A DNA stretch of 63,307 nt, filler included, from Klebsormidium nitens (lineage: Eukaryota > Plantae > Klebsormidiophyceae), in the NCBI GenBank assembly GCA_000708835.1. It is 5 parts of 5 records of this genome, joined end to end, with 100 filler letters (N's around TTAATTAATTAA, not from the genome) between each part and the next. Parts side by side here need not be neighbours in the genome. Positions count along the whole stretch, not along the records: positions 1 to 6,704 come from DF238338.1; positions 6,805 to 27,637 come from DF237416.1; 3 more parts are not named here. The stretch is one strand, 5' to 3'. Below the pieces are notes generated by a model. It was not told the DNA's origin. It saw nothing but the letters and a program-made list of their open reading frames with translations, and ran no database searches. Made by a program: the position numbers and the translations under genes. Positions 1 through 10,200 of the stretch are shown piece by piece (within the stretch, counting starts at the first letter, position 1; the number at the start of each line of letters is the position of its first letter).

Positions 1-199
1 CAAGATCACGCAGTCACGTCAATGACTCAGCATACCTATCTTGCCCTCTACGAACTATTCGGTGGCGTAATTAATCAAGCTTGCATCATACGTCACATCA
101 ATACTGTGCTCATACGCCGCAACCTGGCGTAATCGCTTAACTCAGGGGTTATTCTTGTAACGACGTGCGGTTAGACTTAACCAAAGCCCGTTCGTTACA

Positions 200-758
200 T
201 AGAGGCTATGGTCTTCGTACCCCCATTCAGTCTTATTGGGATACCTGGAACAAGTTGTCCCAGGGGTCCAAGAGCGTCGATGAGTATTACATCGAGTTCA
301 ACCAGGCCATGGTTAATCTTCGTGAGGAGATTACTGATGAGGCTGTAAAGTTCGAAAGGTATCGGTCTGGCCTGCAGCCTGACATCAGGGAGATCTGTCG
401 TACTTCTCCTACGGGTGAACGTTGAGCTAAGCTCAATGCGATTGGGAACTATGCGACGTTGATGTGGCCTACTGTGGCTGAACGGCTGGCCAAGCGCAAG
501 TCTTCCCAGCCTGCCAAGTCGGTGGGTGGAAAGCGCAAGGCATCTGGTGGAGGTGGTTCTGGACGTTCTTCCAAGGCCAAGTTGTCGGCAGCTCTTACAT
601 ACGAGCAGTATGCCAACGATATGGAGAACCGGCTGTGCCATATTTGTCACAAGCCAGGCCATATTGCACGTGACTGCGAGGAGGGTCCTCCCAAGGAAGC
701 CACGAGCAAGGGTAAGGGCCAGAAGAAGGGCAACAAGAAGTCTGAGAAAGGTTTTTAG
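200..758 (+). pseudogene. gag: gag of element 1 (retrotransposon Gag core plus CCHC knuckle)
   Basis: ORFs 165..425 and 459..758 share a frame and are separated by TGA 423-425. Homologous to the gag at 4658-5715 (SGLQPDIREICRTSP vs SGLQLALRELARVSP). Confidence 0.85.
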
Positions 759-2740
759 AAAGACTAGAAGACGTAGGACAATTGCTTAGTCAGAAGAACT
801 CTTTATTGGATCTGACAGAACGGGGCTTCCTGAACATTTCAAATGTTACTGGTCGTATCTTCAAAATGGGAGTTCAACGTTTAGAAGATTCCATCTCTAC
901 AAATGTGTGTCCCAGTTTAGCTTTTCTGTCATCGTCTATGGCAGGCAAGCATGCTTGGATAAACGCGAGTACATTTAAGGATGTGACAGAACGTCTTAGG
1001 CATTTGCACTCTGCGTTTGTTGATAGCCCTACTACGACGTCCGCTTGTGTGTTAGTACGTGATAGCATGCCTATTGCTTTGCTATTGTTGAAGGATTTTC
1101 GTGTTGAGCTGAGAGTTCCGAAAGGTGGGTTGGTTCGTCAGTTGCAGTCAGATAACACGTGGGCTGTTGTGCGAAGTCCTGAGAAGTTGCGAGTTTTGTT
1201 CCTTGCTTCTGTTGCTGACAAAGTGTCTGCTGAAGCAGGTCTCTTGACCAACAAGATTCTCGCAGCCTCGCAAAAGGGCTCAGCTAAGTTGCCAAGTATG
1301 ATGTTTTCTAGTAAGGCAGCTGCGGCTAAGGCCAACATCCTCTTTGACTCTGGAGCGTCAGTGAACTTCGTTTCTGCCAAATTTGCTAAGCAGACAGGCA
1401 TTACGGTAAGACCTACTGCTCAGACTGTACGTTTGGCAGATGACGTGGTTGGCGAGATTCTGGGTGAGGCAGCTGTGTATGTCCAGTAGGGAGCGTTTCA
1501 CAAGCCTATGAAGTGCTACGTGATGAACTTGTTGTTCGAGGTTGACCGAACGTTATTCTTGGTGACGAGTTTATGACTAGGTATGATTGTATTCTGCATT
1601 ATGGCAAGAGTGTTGTCATGATAAAGAAAGGGAAAAGACACTTCATTGTACGTAGTCCTGCTCTTCCTCGTTCACGTTTTGACGATGATCAGAAGTCTAA
1701 TCCGGACGTGTTGTCTCATGCGCAGTTAAAACGATTGGTGAAGCGTGGCGCATGCGTGTACCTGGCCTCGTTGAAGCCTAACGACCCAGACAACGCCACG
1801 TGTTCTACCGCTACTGTAGCAGGCTTTGTGTCCGGGGGCAACCAAGATCATGCCACTACACTGTCTGAGCCAACCGTACAACCAGTCCAACCGAGCGACT
1901 TTCGGCAGATATACTGTTTATCTCCGTTGGAATATCGTGAGTTGGAAAAGCAGGTCACCGCGTTTTTGAAGGCTGGAATTCCGGAAGTTTCTCAGTCTCC
2001 GTATGGTGCGGCTCCTGTGTTTATTTGTCCCAAAGCCTAACGGTCGTGGTCTTCGTCTGTGTGTTGATTATCGGGCTTTAAACTCGATAGCTGTGAATAA
2101 TCGCTGTACAATTCTTCGCATTGATGATCTGTTGGATGCTGTGAGCCGTTCGCAGTACTTTACCTCTCTGGATCTGACGTCTGTTATCATCAGATCCTAA
2201 TCTCTGAGGAAGGTCGTCCGAAGACAGCTTTCCATACGCCTTTTGAACACTTTCAGTTTAAGGTGTTGATTGAAGGTCTGACGAATGCTCCGGCGACGTT
2301 TCAGACTGTAATGAACTCAATCTTCGCGCCTTATCTGAAGAGTTTGTCGTTGTGTACTTAGACGACATTCTGATCTTTTCGAAGTCTGAGGAAGAACATC
2401 AAGCGCATGTGCGGCTTGTTCTGGATGTTTTGCGTCGCAAACGGCTTTACGTGACAAAAGCGAAGTCCAAGTTTGCTCAGATTGAGATTCATTATTCGAG
2501 GCATGTTGTAAATGCACAGGGCATTCGTGTTGATCCCAAGAAAGTTAGTGCTGTTCAGTCTTGGCATGTGCCTGAGAACGTCCACGACGTGCGGTCGTTT
2601 CGGGGGCTCGGTGATTATTTTCGCAAGTTCATTGATCACTACTCTTCTATAGCAGTGCCTCTGACGAACTTGACGAAAAAGTCTTGTTGGCTGGGATTGG
2701 ACCTGACGGTGTCAAGATGCTATTGAGAAGCTTAAGTAAT
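746..2740 (+). pseudogene. pol: pol of element 1: degenerate Dam-like domain (~806-1204), protease (DSG at ~1346), reverse transcriptase (~2003-2726)
   Basis: The pol frame opens after TGA 743-745, in the -1 frame relative to gag. Motifs as above; broken by stops and frameshifts. Confidence 0.85.
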
Positions 2741-2881
2741 TACGATCCGTGTGGCATATCCATTTGGACGGGCTCGTATCAATCTGTTTGGCAAGACTTG
2801 TCCATTAGGGTAGTCGAATATCTGTTCTGAACCTCTATTCTGCATATTCTGAGCTACATTCATTTGTCGCTTCAGTCTTGT

Positions 2882-3324
2882 TGTCACCCGCACATGAGTA
2901 CTGTATATGTGCACTGCCGGCCACGTGTCATATCTGATGTACGCATGGCAGTCGGCGCGCGTATTGGACGCGACGACTCACACATGACACGAATGCATCT
3001 TACTGGATAATGATGCACAACCGGGATGACTCGACCTAGCTCTGTCCAGACTTATCCACGCGGCCATGTCTCATGTATCGATTACTGTGTTCGACTGAGT
3101 ACCTGATAGGAATACCAACCTGGGTATGTAGTACGCTTCGTACGTACCGAGCCAAGAAGGATGGCCTTGAGGGAGAAGGTCAATGAACAAGATCACACTT
3201 CTGGTGCTGATCTGAAGTAAGCGGTTTTTAAGAGCGCGCAGCTGGTGAGCAAGACAAGGGCTTCCGCATATGTAATCTGATCCGCTATATGGTCAGCGTA
3301 GTCTTATAGACCCGTAGCGTATCA
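2882..3324 (+). repeat. Probable 5' LTR of gypsy element 2
   Basis: Begins TGTCAC and ends GTATCA, 1 nt before a tRNA-Met primer-binding site. No second copy is in the window, so the left boundary is tentative. Confidence 0.45.
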
Positions 3325-3325
3325 C

Positions 3326-3336
3326 TGGTATCAGAG
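3326..3336 (+). promoter_or_regulatory. Primer-binding site complementary to the initiator tRNA-Met 3' end
   Basis: TGGTATCAGAG (canonical TGGTATCAGAGC) directly after a CA terminus and upstream of a same-strand gag. Confidence 0.75.
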
Positions 3337-3789
3337 GTTTTCCTCTTTCCTTCTTCCTGAGGAAAGGGCCCCTCTTTCTTGCTTTCAGCTTAGCAGAGCT
3401 TGTTGAGAATCACCCTTCATCACATCATAAGCACGCCATCAAACGCCGCAGGCTTCTCATGCCCGTGGAACACGCCGACACATTCTGAGTTTCACCGGGG
3501 CTGAACGCCCTACACTGAAGCGCCCCTTGTCTCCTAAGCACTTCTCTTAGAATGAATACAATCATCTTCATGTTCGTCTCCTCTATCAAGTCTAGCAGCC
3601 TATCAAATCTGATTACTGTTGTGAGTCTCCAGTCTACCGTTACTGGGTCTATTCCAAGTTCAACACCTTTGGGCTCTAGGCTCTTCTTTACCGTCCGATC
3701 TAACTAACTTTAGAGCCTACGTATCTGGGCCGTCGATAAGCTGTCGGCTGACTCATTATGAGTCAACGACTTCTAACAGCTTGTGCTGC

Positions 3790-4218
3790 ATGTCTGAGAA
3801 CTCCTCAAGCAGTAGCGAGGAGGAAAAGGTATGGCATAGGTTCCCAGCTTGTAACTGCGAATACACCTTCTCTGGTCAGCTCAAGGCCATCCGCCCTGAA
3901 GGTCCCTTCCATCTCCCAGTTAGAGTGTTCCTCGCTAGGAGGAACAACCAGTCCTGTCATTGGGAGATAGATTCATCGTGTGAGGTGCGCCAGGGGGACA
4001 CCATTTTTGACGTGGACTGCCGCATGGGGCGGCATAGGTCACGTTTCTCGTCCGGGAGGCTGGCCTACCCGGTCAGCAGAAAGGACCTGATTTCAAGAGG
4101 CGAGGATCTGAGGCAAGCAGGGTGTGGACCCCGGGCCTTCATGGAGCTTGACGCTAGGGTAGAGGACCTTCAGTCCTACTTCTGGGATAACCAGATTTTC
4201 ACAATCCTGTACCTGTAG
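3790..4218 (+). CDS. Hypothetical 142-aa ORF between PBS and gag of element 2
   Basis: ATG 3790 to TAG 4218, uninterrupted (MSENSSSSSEEEKVWHRFPACNCEYTFSG...). No family recognised. Confidence 0.4.
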   Translation: MSENSSSSSEEEKVWHRFPACNCEYTFSGQLKAIRPEGPFHLPVRVFLARRNNQSCHWEIDSSCEVRQGDTIFDVDCRMGRHRSRFSSGRLAYPVSRKDLISRGEDLRQAGCGPRAFMELDARVEDLQSYFWDNQIFTILYL

Positions 4219-4657
4219 ATAGGAACATACTTACATTGTAGATAACAAATACATTGTAAGTAGACCGTTACCCCATTCTGTTTCATCGGAAGGGTGAGCC
4301 CCGGCTACCGCAGCGCCGTCAAGGCGCTGCGACAATTCAAGTGTTCAGCGCCGCGAAGGCGCTTCCCGAAAGCTGCGGGGCAAATTCTGGACGCCGATTT
4401 CCGTCGTAATTTCCATCGACGGTTAAAATTTAAATTTACCAAATTTTGCTGCACGTGCGCGCGAGTCGACCGGCTGCGACGTCGCAAGTGTGTAACGCCC
4501 TCGCGTCGCTGCGAAGGCATTCACGCTGTCGCGTCGGACGCTGAGGCGACTCGGCGGCGCTGCCCGGGAATTCAGGGAATCGCCCGGTTTGCCGCAACGT
4601 CGCGACAGCGCCTTCAAAGCTTGCTCTCAACCTTCCGATGTTGTTACTCTCTCACCT

Positions 4658-5715
4658 ATGAGCACTAGCAAAGATTTGGAGACTGCAATGTCCTCCCTTA
4701 TCTCGCGGGTTGCTTTTCTGGAGATTGAAACCGGGGTAAAGAGAAAGGCCCAGTCTTTTTCTGTTGGGTCTATTTCTGTTTCTATCGTCGATGGCTCTGA
4801 CGGTCCTGTATCTGTTTACGTCACGCCTATGCAGTTGCGTTCATCCTCTAGAATAGAGGCAACTGTTGGAACGCAGCAAGCTCCTGAGGCGATGGCACCT
4901 TCTGCTGCTGTTATTGCCTTTCTGACTGAGTGGGCTTCTGTTGATAGTGAAGATGCTCGCATTGCCGTTGAGGATGCACATGTTGCTAGCCCAGACTCAG
5001 CTGTGGTAGTAGAAATTCTGAAGAAGAGGTCTGCACGTGATCGTGCAACTATGACAGCTCTAGTGGCTCGGGTTGAGGCTGGTGATGCTAACGCCGTTGC
5101 TGCGAGAGCACAAGCTGATGCTGCCCTGGCAGCACAAGCCTCTGGGTCTGAGAAGTTTAAGCCTGCCCCTCCTTCTAGGTTTGAGAACAAGGAGAAGGAC
5201 ATGGAAATCGGGAGATGGGTTCCCATTGTTGAGGAGCATTATGCAGGCTGTCCTGATGTTGATTACCTGCGTCTGGCAAGCTCTCATCTATCCGGCAAGC
5301 CCAAATCATTCTGGCAGAGCAAGCTTGATGCTCGCAAATCTTCTGGAGAGCCTATTGCTGACCCTTTGGTTTTCTTCCGAGATACCATGTACTCTGGCTA
5401 TGGTCTGAAGGAAGAGGTTCAGGGCTACTGGGATGCTTATCACGAGCTTAAGCATGGTCATGATCAGGATACTTCTGAGTACAACTCTGAGTTCAAGCAG
5501 GTCATGACCAATCTGTCCAAGGAGGTCACTGACGAGCCCGTTAAGATAGAGAAGTACAAATCTGTCTGCAGCTAGCTCTGAGGGAACTGGCAAGGGTGTC
5601 GCCAGATGGCACTCGCTGGACGTCTCTGTCCTCTCTGATCTCCAACGGTACGCTCCAGTGGCCAACTATCAGGGCCAGGCTGGAGAGGGAGAGGAAGCCA
5701 GGCGGCCACAAAGTG
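4658..5715 (+). pseudogene. gag: gag of element 2
   Basis: KFKPAPPSRFENKEKD..IGRW..LASSHLSGKPKSFW..YGLKEEVQGYWDAYHELK. A 1-nt frameshift at ~5563, after which SGLQLALRELARVSPDGTRW..LQWPTIRARL continues in another frame. Confidence 0.8.
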
Positions 5716-6704
5716 ACGCTCGCTCGCTAAGCTCAGCTATATTGCAGCGATACGATCAAAGAACGCAGCGCAAAGTACTGTCACCTATGCAGCAGCCATG
5801 AAAACCAGGAGCGCCCTTCTTCTTAAACTGAATGTGTGTTATGTGTCCCGCATCTCTCCCGTTCTCCCTCCTAGGTGCCAGTCCGCAGACTGGAGTTACC
5901 CTAGACCGAATACTAAGAAGATCATTTGCCAGACTAACAGACCCAGTAGATAAGCTTGGGACATTCCTGGTTCCGAGCCGCTCGCTTAAGTGACAGTAGG
6001 ATCACGTGATGTGACATGTCACTATCACATTGGATGCATTAAGCAACATGCATTATGCAATATTGTCAATACAGTTACATGATGTGAATCGGCACACTCA
6101 ACTTATTCTACGCAGCCAACAAGCATCAACACGGCCGAGGTAAATCCGTGAAAGCTCATCCGTCAAATCTACAGACAAACAGAATTCCAGAGTGCGCATG
6201 AACCTTGTACAAGATCCGGCGACACAGATATCGGAGACGCCATACGCACGCGGAAATACTGAGACGAGTTCAGGTATGCAGGTGAATACAACTGAATCGT
6301 CACATCAGAGATGAGCCCTCGGACGAACCCGACCGGGGCATCGTACTTTCCTCCCCGCAGGAAGTCCGCCGCTTCTCAACGAGTTGGAGGAAGTACCAAT
6401 GGGGGTTGAAGGTTTACAAGATTGGCATTCATTTTTATATTCATCATTTTTCTAGAACCGAAATGAATTAGGGTATTTTCAGGATGAATATTCTACCAAA
6501 AAATAATTGGAATTTATTATGAAAACAAGTGTTACAAGCCTGTTCAGGTAACCGGCTTTTCAAACTCTCTACACCTCCGTTTCATTTTGCTCATCATCAT
6601 CATTTACCTTGTAATGATGATTATGCAGAGAAAATGGGGGAATGGGGAACGGCAGATTTTCGGGGCTCCTATACATTTCCAATGATGATGATGAACAAAA
6701 TGAA

Positions 6705-6804
6705 NNNNNNNNNNNNNNNNNNNNNNNNNNNNNNNNNNNNNNNNNNNNTTAATTAATTAANNNNNNNNNNNNNNNNNNNNNNNNNNNNNNNNNNNNNNNN
6801 NNNN
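6705..6804. other. Artificial contig spacer (44 N + TTAATTAATTAA + 44 N)
   Basis: The identical 100-nt pattern occurs four times; the 12-mer puts stop codons in all six frames. Confidence 0.97.
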
Positions 6805-6824
6805 TGATCATCGTTCCACGGCAT

Positions 6825-6972
6825 TAGGGTTTTGAAATCGTCGAATTAGGGAAGTTCGACCTTAAGTTCGCGACGCGGTAACCATTTTCTGCTCTGTACG
6901 ACATTACTATCCGGTAATCGTTGTATCCTGCGTGGTTGTTATTCCATTGACCCTAGTTAGGACCAAACCCTA
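6825..6972. promoter_or_regulatory. Two telo-box motifs upstream of the ThrE-family gene (TAGGGTTT 6825-6832; AAACCCTA 6965-6972)
   Basis: Exact plant telo-box 8-mers, 240-390 nt upstream of ATG 7215. Confidence 0.35.
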
Positions 6973-7214
6973 ATCTACAAGTGCCGCGCATGCATCATGG
7001 CGCTGCATGCAGAGCTCTTGTGTTTGAGAGGAATCTGAGGCTGAGGCGCTTTGCAGCAAAGGCTGGTTTCCGTGAGCTAGGGGGAAGTGCGGCAATCCCT
7101 CCCCTTCCCACCTCTGGCTCTCGCTGTTAAGGTTGGGATTTTCATACCTTTTAATGCAGCTCCTTTGGAGCTGGGAGAATCCATCTTCACAGTTGCGCAG
7201 CGCTGGCGGGCGGG

Positions 7215-10200
7215 ATGGAGTCGTTTCTGAACATTACAGAGCACCTGCTCGACAAAAAGCTGGGCAGGAGCTCCGGACGAGGCCGGGACAGTCCCGGGTC
7301 AAATGCGGGGTCAGCTTCTCGGAGATACTCGAATCAGAGTGACTTCCCAGACCAGCCAAGTCCCAGTTCGCATGGCCACAGTAAAGAGGCCAACCCAGCC
7401 CTGAAGAAGAAGTTCCTTAAGCGGCTGGCGATAGCCTTACATGCGTATGGCAACTCAAGCACGGTGAGTGCCTTTGATGGAATCCCGGTGTCTTCTTTTG
7501 CAAGTGTCTCTATAACATGACATGTCTCTGGGAAGCCACCACTCTGTCTTAGTCTCAGGCTTTGATTGACCACTTGAGAGCACCACCTTTCAATGCCCTC
7601 GTTTTCTGGCGGCACTTCTTACCTTTCCAATTGGCCCCAACCTGGGACAGTATACAGCCTTGTGCCCCTTCTTACTCCCTTTCCAATGATCATATGTGGA
7701 TTCAGAAGATACTGTAAATCAAAAGAGACCTTGTCTTTCACTTCCAGGGTCCTGAGAATTGGCATCTCTCACTGTGTTCTGAAATTCTTCTCCTCCGTTT
7801 GGCACTTCGAGTAATCAATCTCCCTGAACTGCTGGCATCGCATCAACAATGTTCCCTGACCGCCGTCTTTCTGCTCCCCCTGCAGCGCACAGAGTACCTG
7901 GTCGAGAAGGCTAGCCGGCAGCTAAACGTGGCGGCCAGCGTCGCAGTCTTCCCCACCGTCATTCTTCTCTCCTTCCAATCAGATGACCGGGATCCGGCCA
8001 AACCTGAAACGCACCTTCTGACTGTTGAACCGGGCTTGAACGTTGACAAACTGGGGCGGGCCGATGAGCTGGCTAACCGGGTGGGCATGGAGCACATGCC
8101 TCTGCTGGTGAGTTACCAAGGGGCGGGTTAGGATAACATAGGGCGCTTGAAACGCTGGCGGCCACATCTGATTTACAAGCGCCGTTGAGCTCCAAAGCCT
8201 TCTAAAGAAGGCACCCTCATAAAGGCTGTCCACAGAATGTTGCAGTTGGGTGTTTAAGGCAGCTCTGTTATCAAACGCGGCTTTGGTTTCGATTCATGTT
8301 GCTAGAGGATTCAAATGCCGAGGAAGAGGCGGATGCTGTGTGCCTTCTGAGCAGCTCTTGGGTCACTGTTCTGACTTCTTCTCCTGACATACTGCCAGCC
8401 GTACGATCTCGACTTGCTCATTCCACAGCTTTCCTTCGCGACGCCAAAGCTCGTCCATACTTTCCCTCCAGGTCGGTTACTGGCGGCTACGGGCTATTGC
8501 CACGGCCCCCCCGCAGTTCGGGGAGATCAAGCGGCTCCTCAGCTTTGGCGTGGCGGGTTGTACATCGGCCGTGCTCTTCTTCAATGGTGGGCTGGATGAT
8601 CCTCTTACTAAACTTGGTGGCTCGAAAAGCAGAATATCAAGGAGTGTGTGAGCCGAGGTGCACAGATCCGGGCTGGCAGAAGAAGGCTCACGTGGGACTT
8701 TGTGAGGATTGCATTAAACGGCATGGGCATAGATCCGTCTTTTGCCAGTCAGTGAAGATGTTCGCATCAAGCGCTTCAAAAGGCAGTCAAAATATCCGAT
8801 TGATGGGGGTTGGGACGCACCCCGAAGCAAGGGGGCCCGACCTCTACCTGCTTTCCTTCAAGCGCTTCTAAGACCAGTTCTCGCAATGACCAACATTGTC
8901 AAGGGTCGATATGGTTTGAAAGCCCCACTCCCAGAGCTGGCAAGAAAGGCCTAGTGCTGCTTATCAATGGGGTAACCCCCAACTTCGGCGCCCTCTACAG
9001 TGCGCAATGATGGTAGCAACCGTGAAAGCGTCGTTTCTTTGGTCCTGTCTTCTCGACGTCATATGATGTCTTGATTCAAGGCATCGCTGGCTTGTCGAAC
9101 TCTTCGGTTGACACTTGTAAGAACCATTGGCCTTGACATCTCCTGGTTAAAGTAGTCGGATGCGTGCATCCGAACTGATTTGTCGTGCTCGCGACCAGCT
9201 CTTAAGCTCCGCAGGACCGTTCAAAAAGCTGGTGTGAAGGCTCCTGAAAACTTCTACGTCTGAATTTTACTACGAGGGCTTACTCTCTCCTTACTTCCCG
9301 GGGCAGGTACCCTGAACAGCGGCGCCAAACTCTCCACAGGACCGATCAAGGGCCTCTTCTGATGACCCTTCGGGTTTCTCGTGAATTCTCAAGGCCTGAT
9401 GTTTTTAATCGCTCACTCTTGCCCCATTCCTCCCGGGCAGGCAACCTGTACAGCGGCGCCCTGGCGGCCCTCCTGGGCCTGGTCGCCGGGCTGTTCGACC
9501 TGGTCGCCTCGCGCAGTAACGTCTTCGCCAACGTGACCACGTTCCTCTCGGCGACCTGCGTGGCGCTCCTCTCGCGCCTGCTTGCGCTGTACCTGCCCGC
9601 GCGCTTCGACCTCTGCTTCTTCTCCATGACGCTCGGCTCGCTCGTCTGGCTGCTCCCCGGGCTGTCGCTCACGGTCGGGGTCTCGGAGCTGACGTCAGGG
9701 GCCAAGGTGCGTGGCCGCTTCTTAGTCGGACCTTTCCGTGTGTCCGGAAATTCGGTCAAAAGCTTAGGTGCGATACGAGGCGCCGCCGAAGGTGGTGCTC
9801 GTTGAAGCGACGGTCATGCTTGGCAGCCCTCGTTTCACGAATGCTTCCCGCAACTTCGATGACGATTTTTGTCGTTTATCTGCTGGTGACTGACAAGATC
9901 GATCAGCTTGTGGCCCTTTTGACTGCGCTCGAAAGAGGTTTATCAGGCACATCATACAATCAGAGATACACCGAGGTTGTGAACCGCACGCATGTGCGGG
10001 ATGCCTCTAGAAAATCCCAACGTCTGTTCTGGACGAAAAGGCGCCAGCGCTCTTTTCCGAATTCTGAAAACTCCACAGGTCGCCTGCACCGTTTACGAGC
10101 CACGTCCTTTACCCGTGAATCTGGGCTGACAATGAGCTCTCACTCTTTCCAAAGAAAGAGTGCGCACAAAACTACATCTGGATCTGCGACACGTGTCCTC

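Larger units (their letters stand above)
200..2740 (+). mobile_element. Decayed Ty3/gypsy LTR retrotransposon 1 (gag, Dam-like domain, protease, RT), truncated at both ends
   Basis: Gag core YGLRTPIQSYWDTWNKL..EYYIEFNQAM, zinc knuckle CHICHKPGHIARDC, aspartic protease ANILFDSGASVNFVS, RT motifs LRLCVDYRALN, IDDLLD, YLDDILIFSK. Several stops and frameshifts. No RNase H or integrase visible. Confidence 0.9.
2882..5715 (+). mobile_element. Ty3/gypsy LTR retrotransposon 2, 5' half (LTR, PBS, extra ORF, structured leader, gag), 3'-truncated
   Basis: LTR end plus PBS; gag at 4658 related to the gag of element 1; gag is interrupted at ~5715 before the zinc knuckle. Confidence 0.75.

Noticed and set aside
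5779-5995. Possible solo LTR bounded by TGTCAC...GTGACA
   Set aside because: The flanks (AGTAC / GTAGG) give no target-site duplication and there is no second copy. The 5716-6400 region is probably repeat-derived but could not be delimited.
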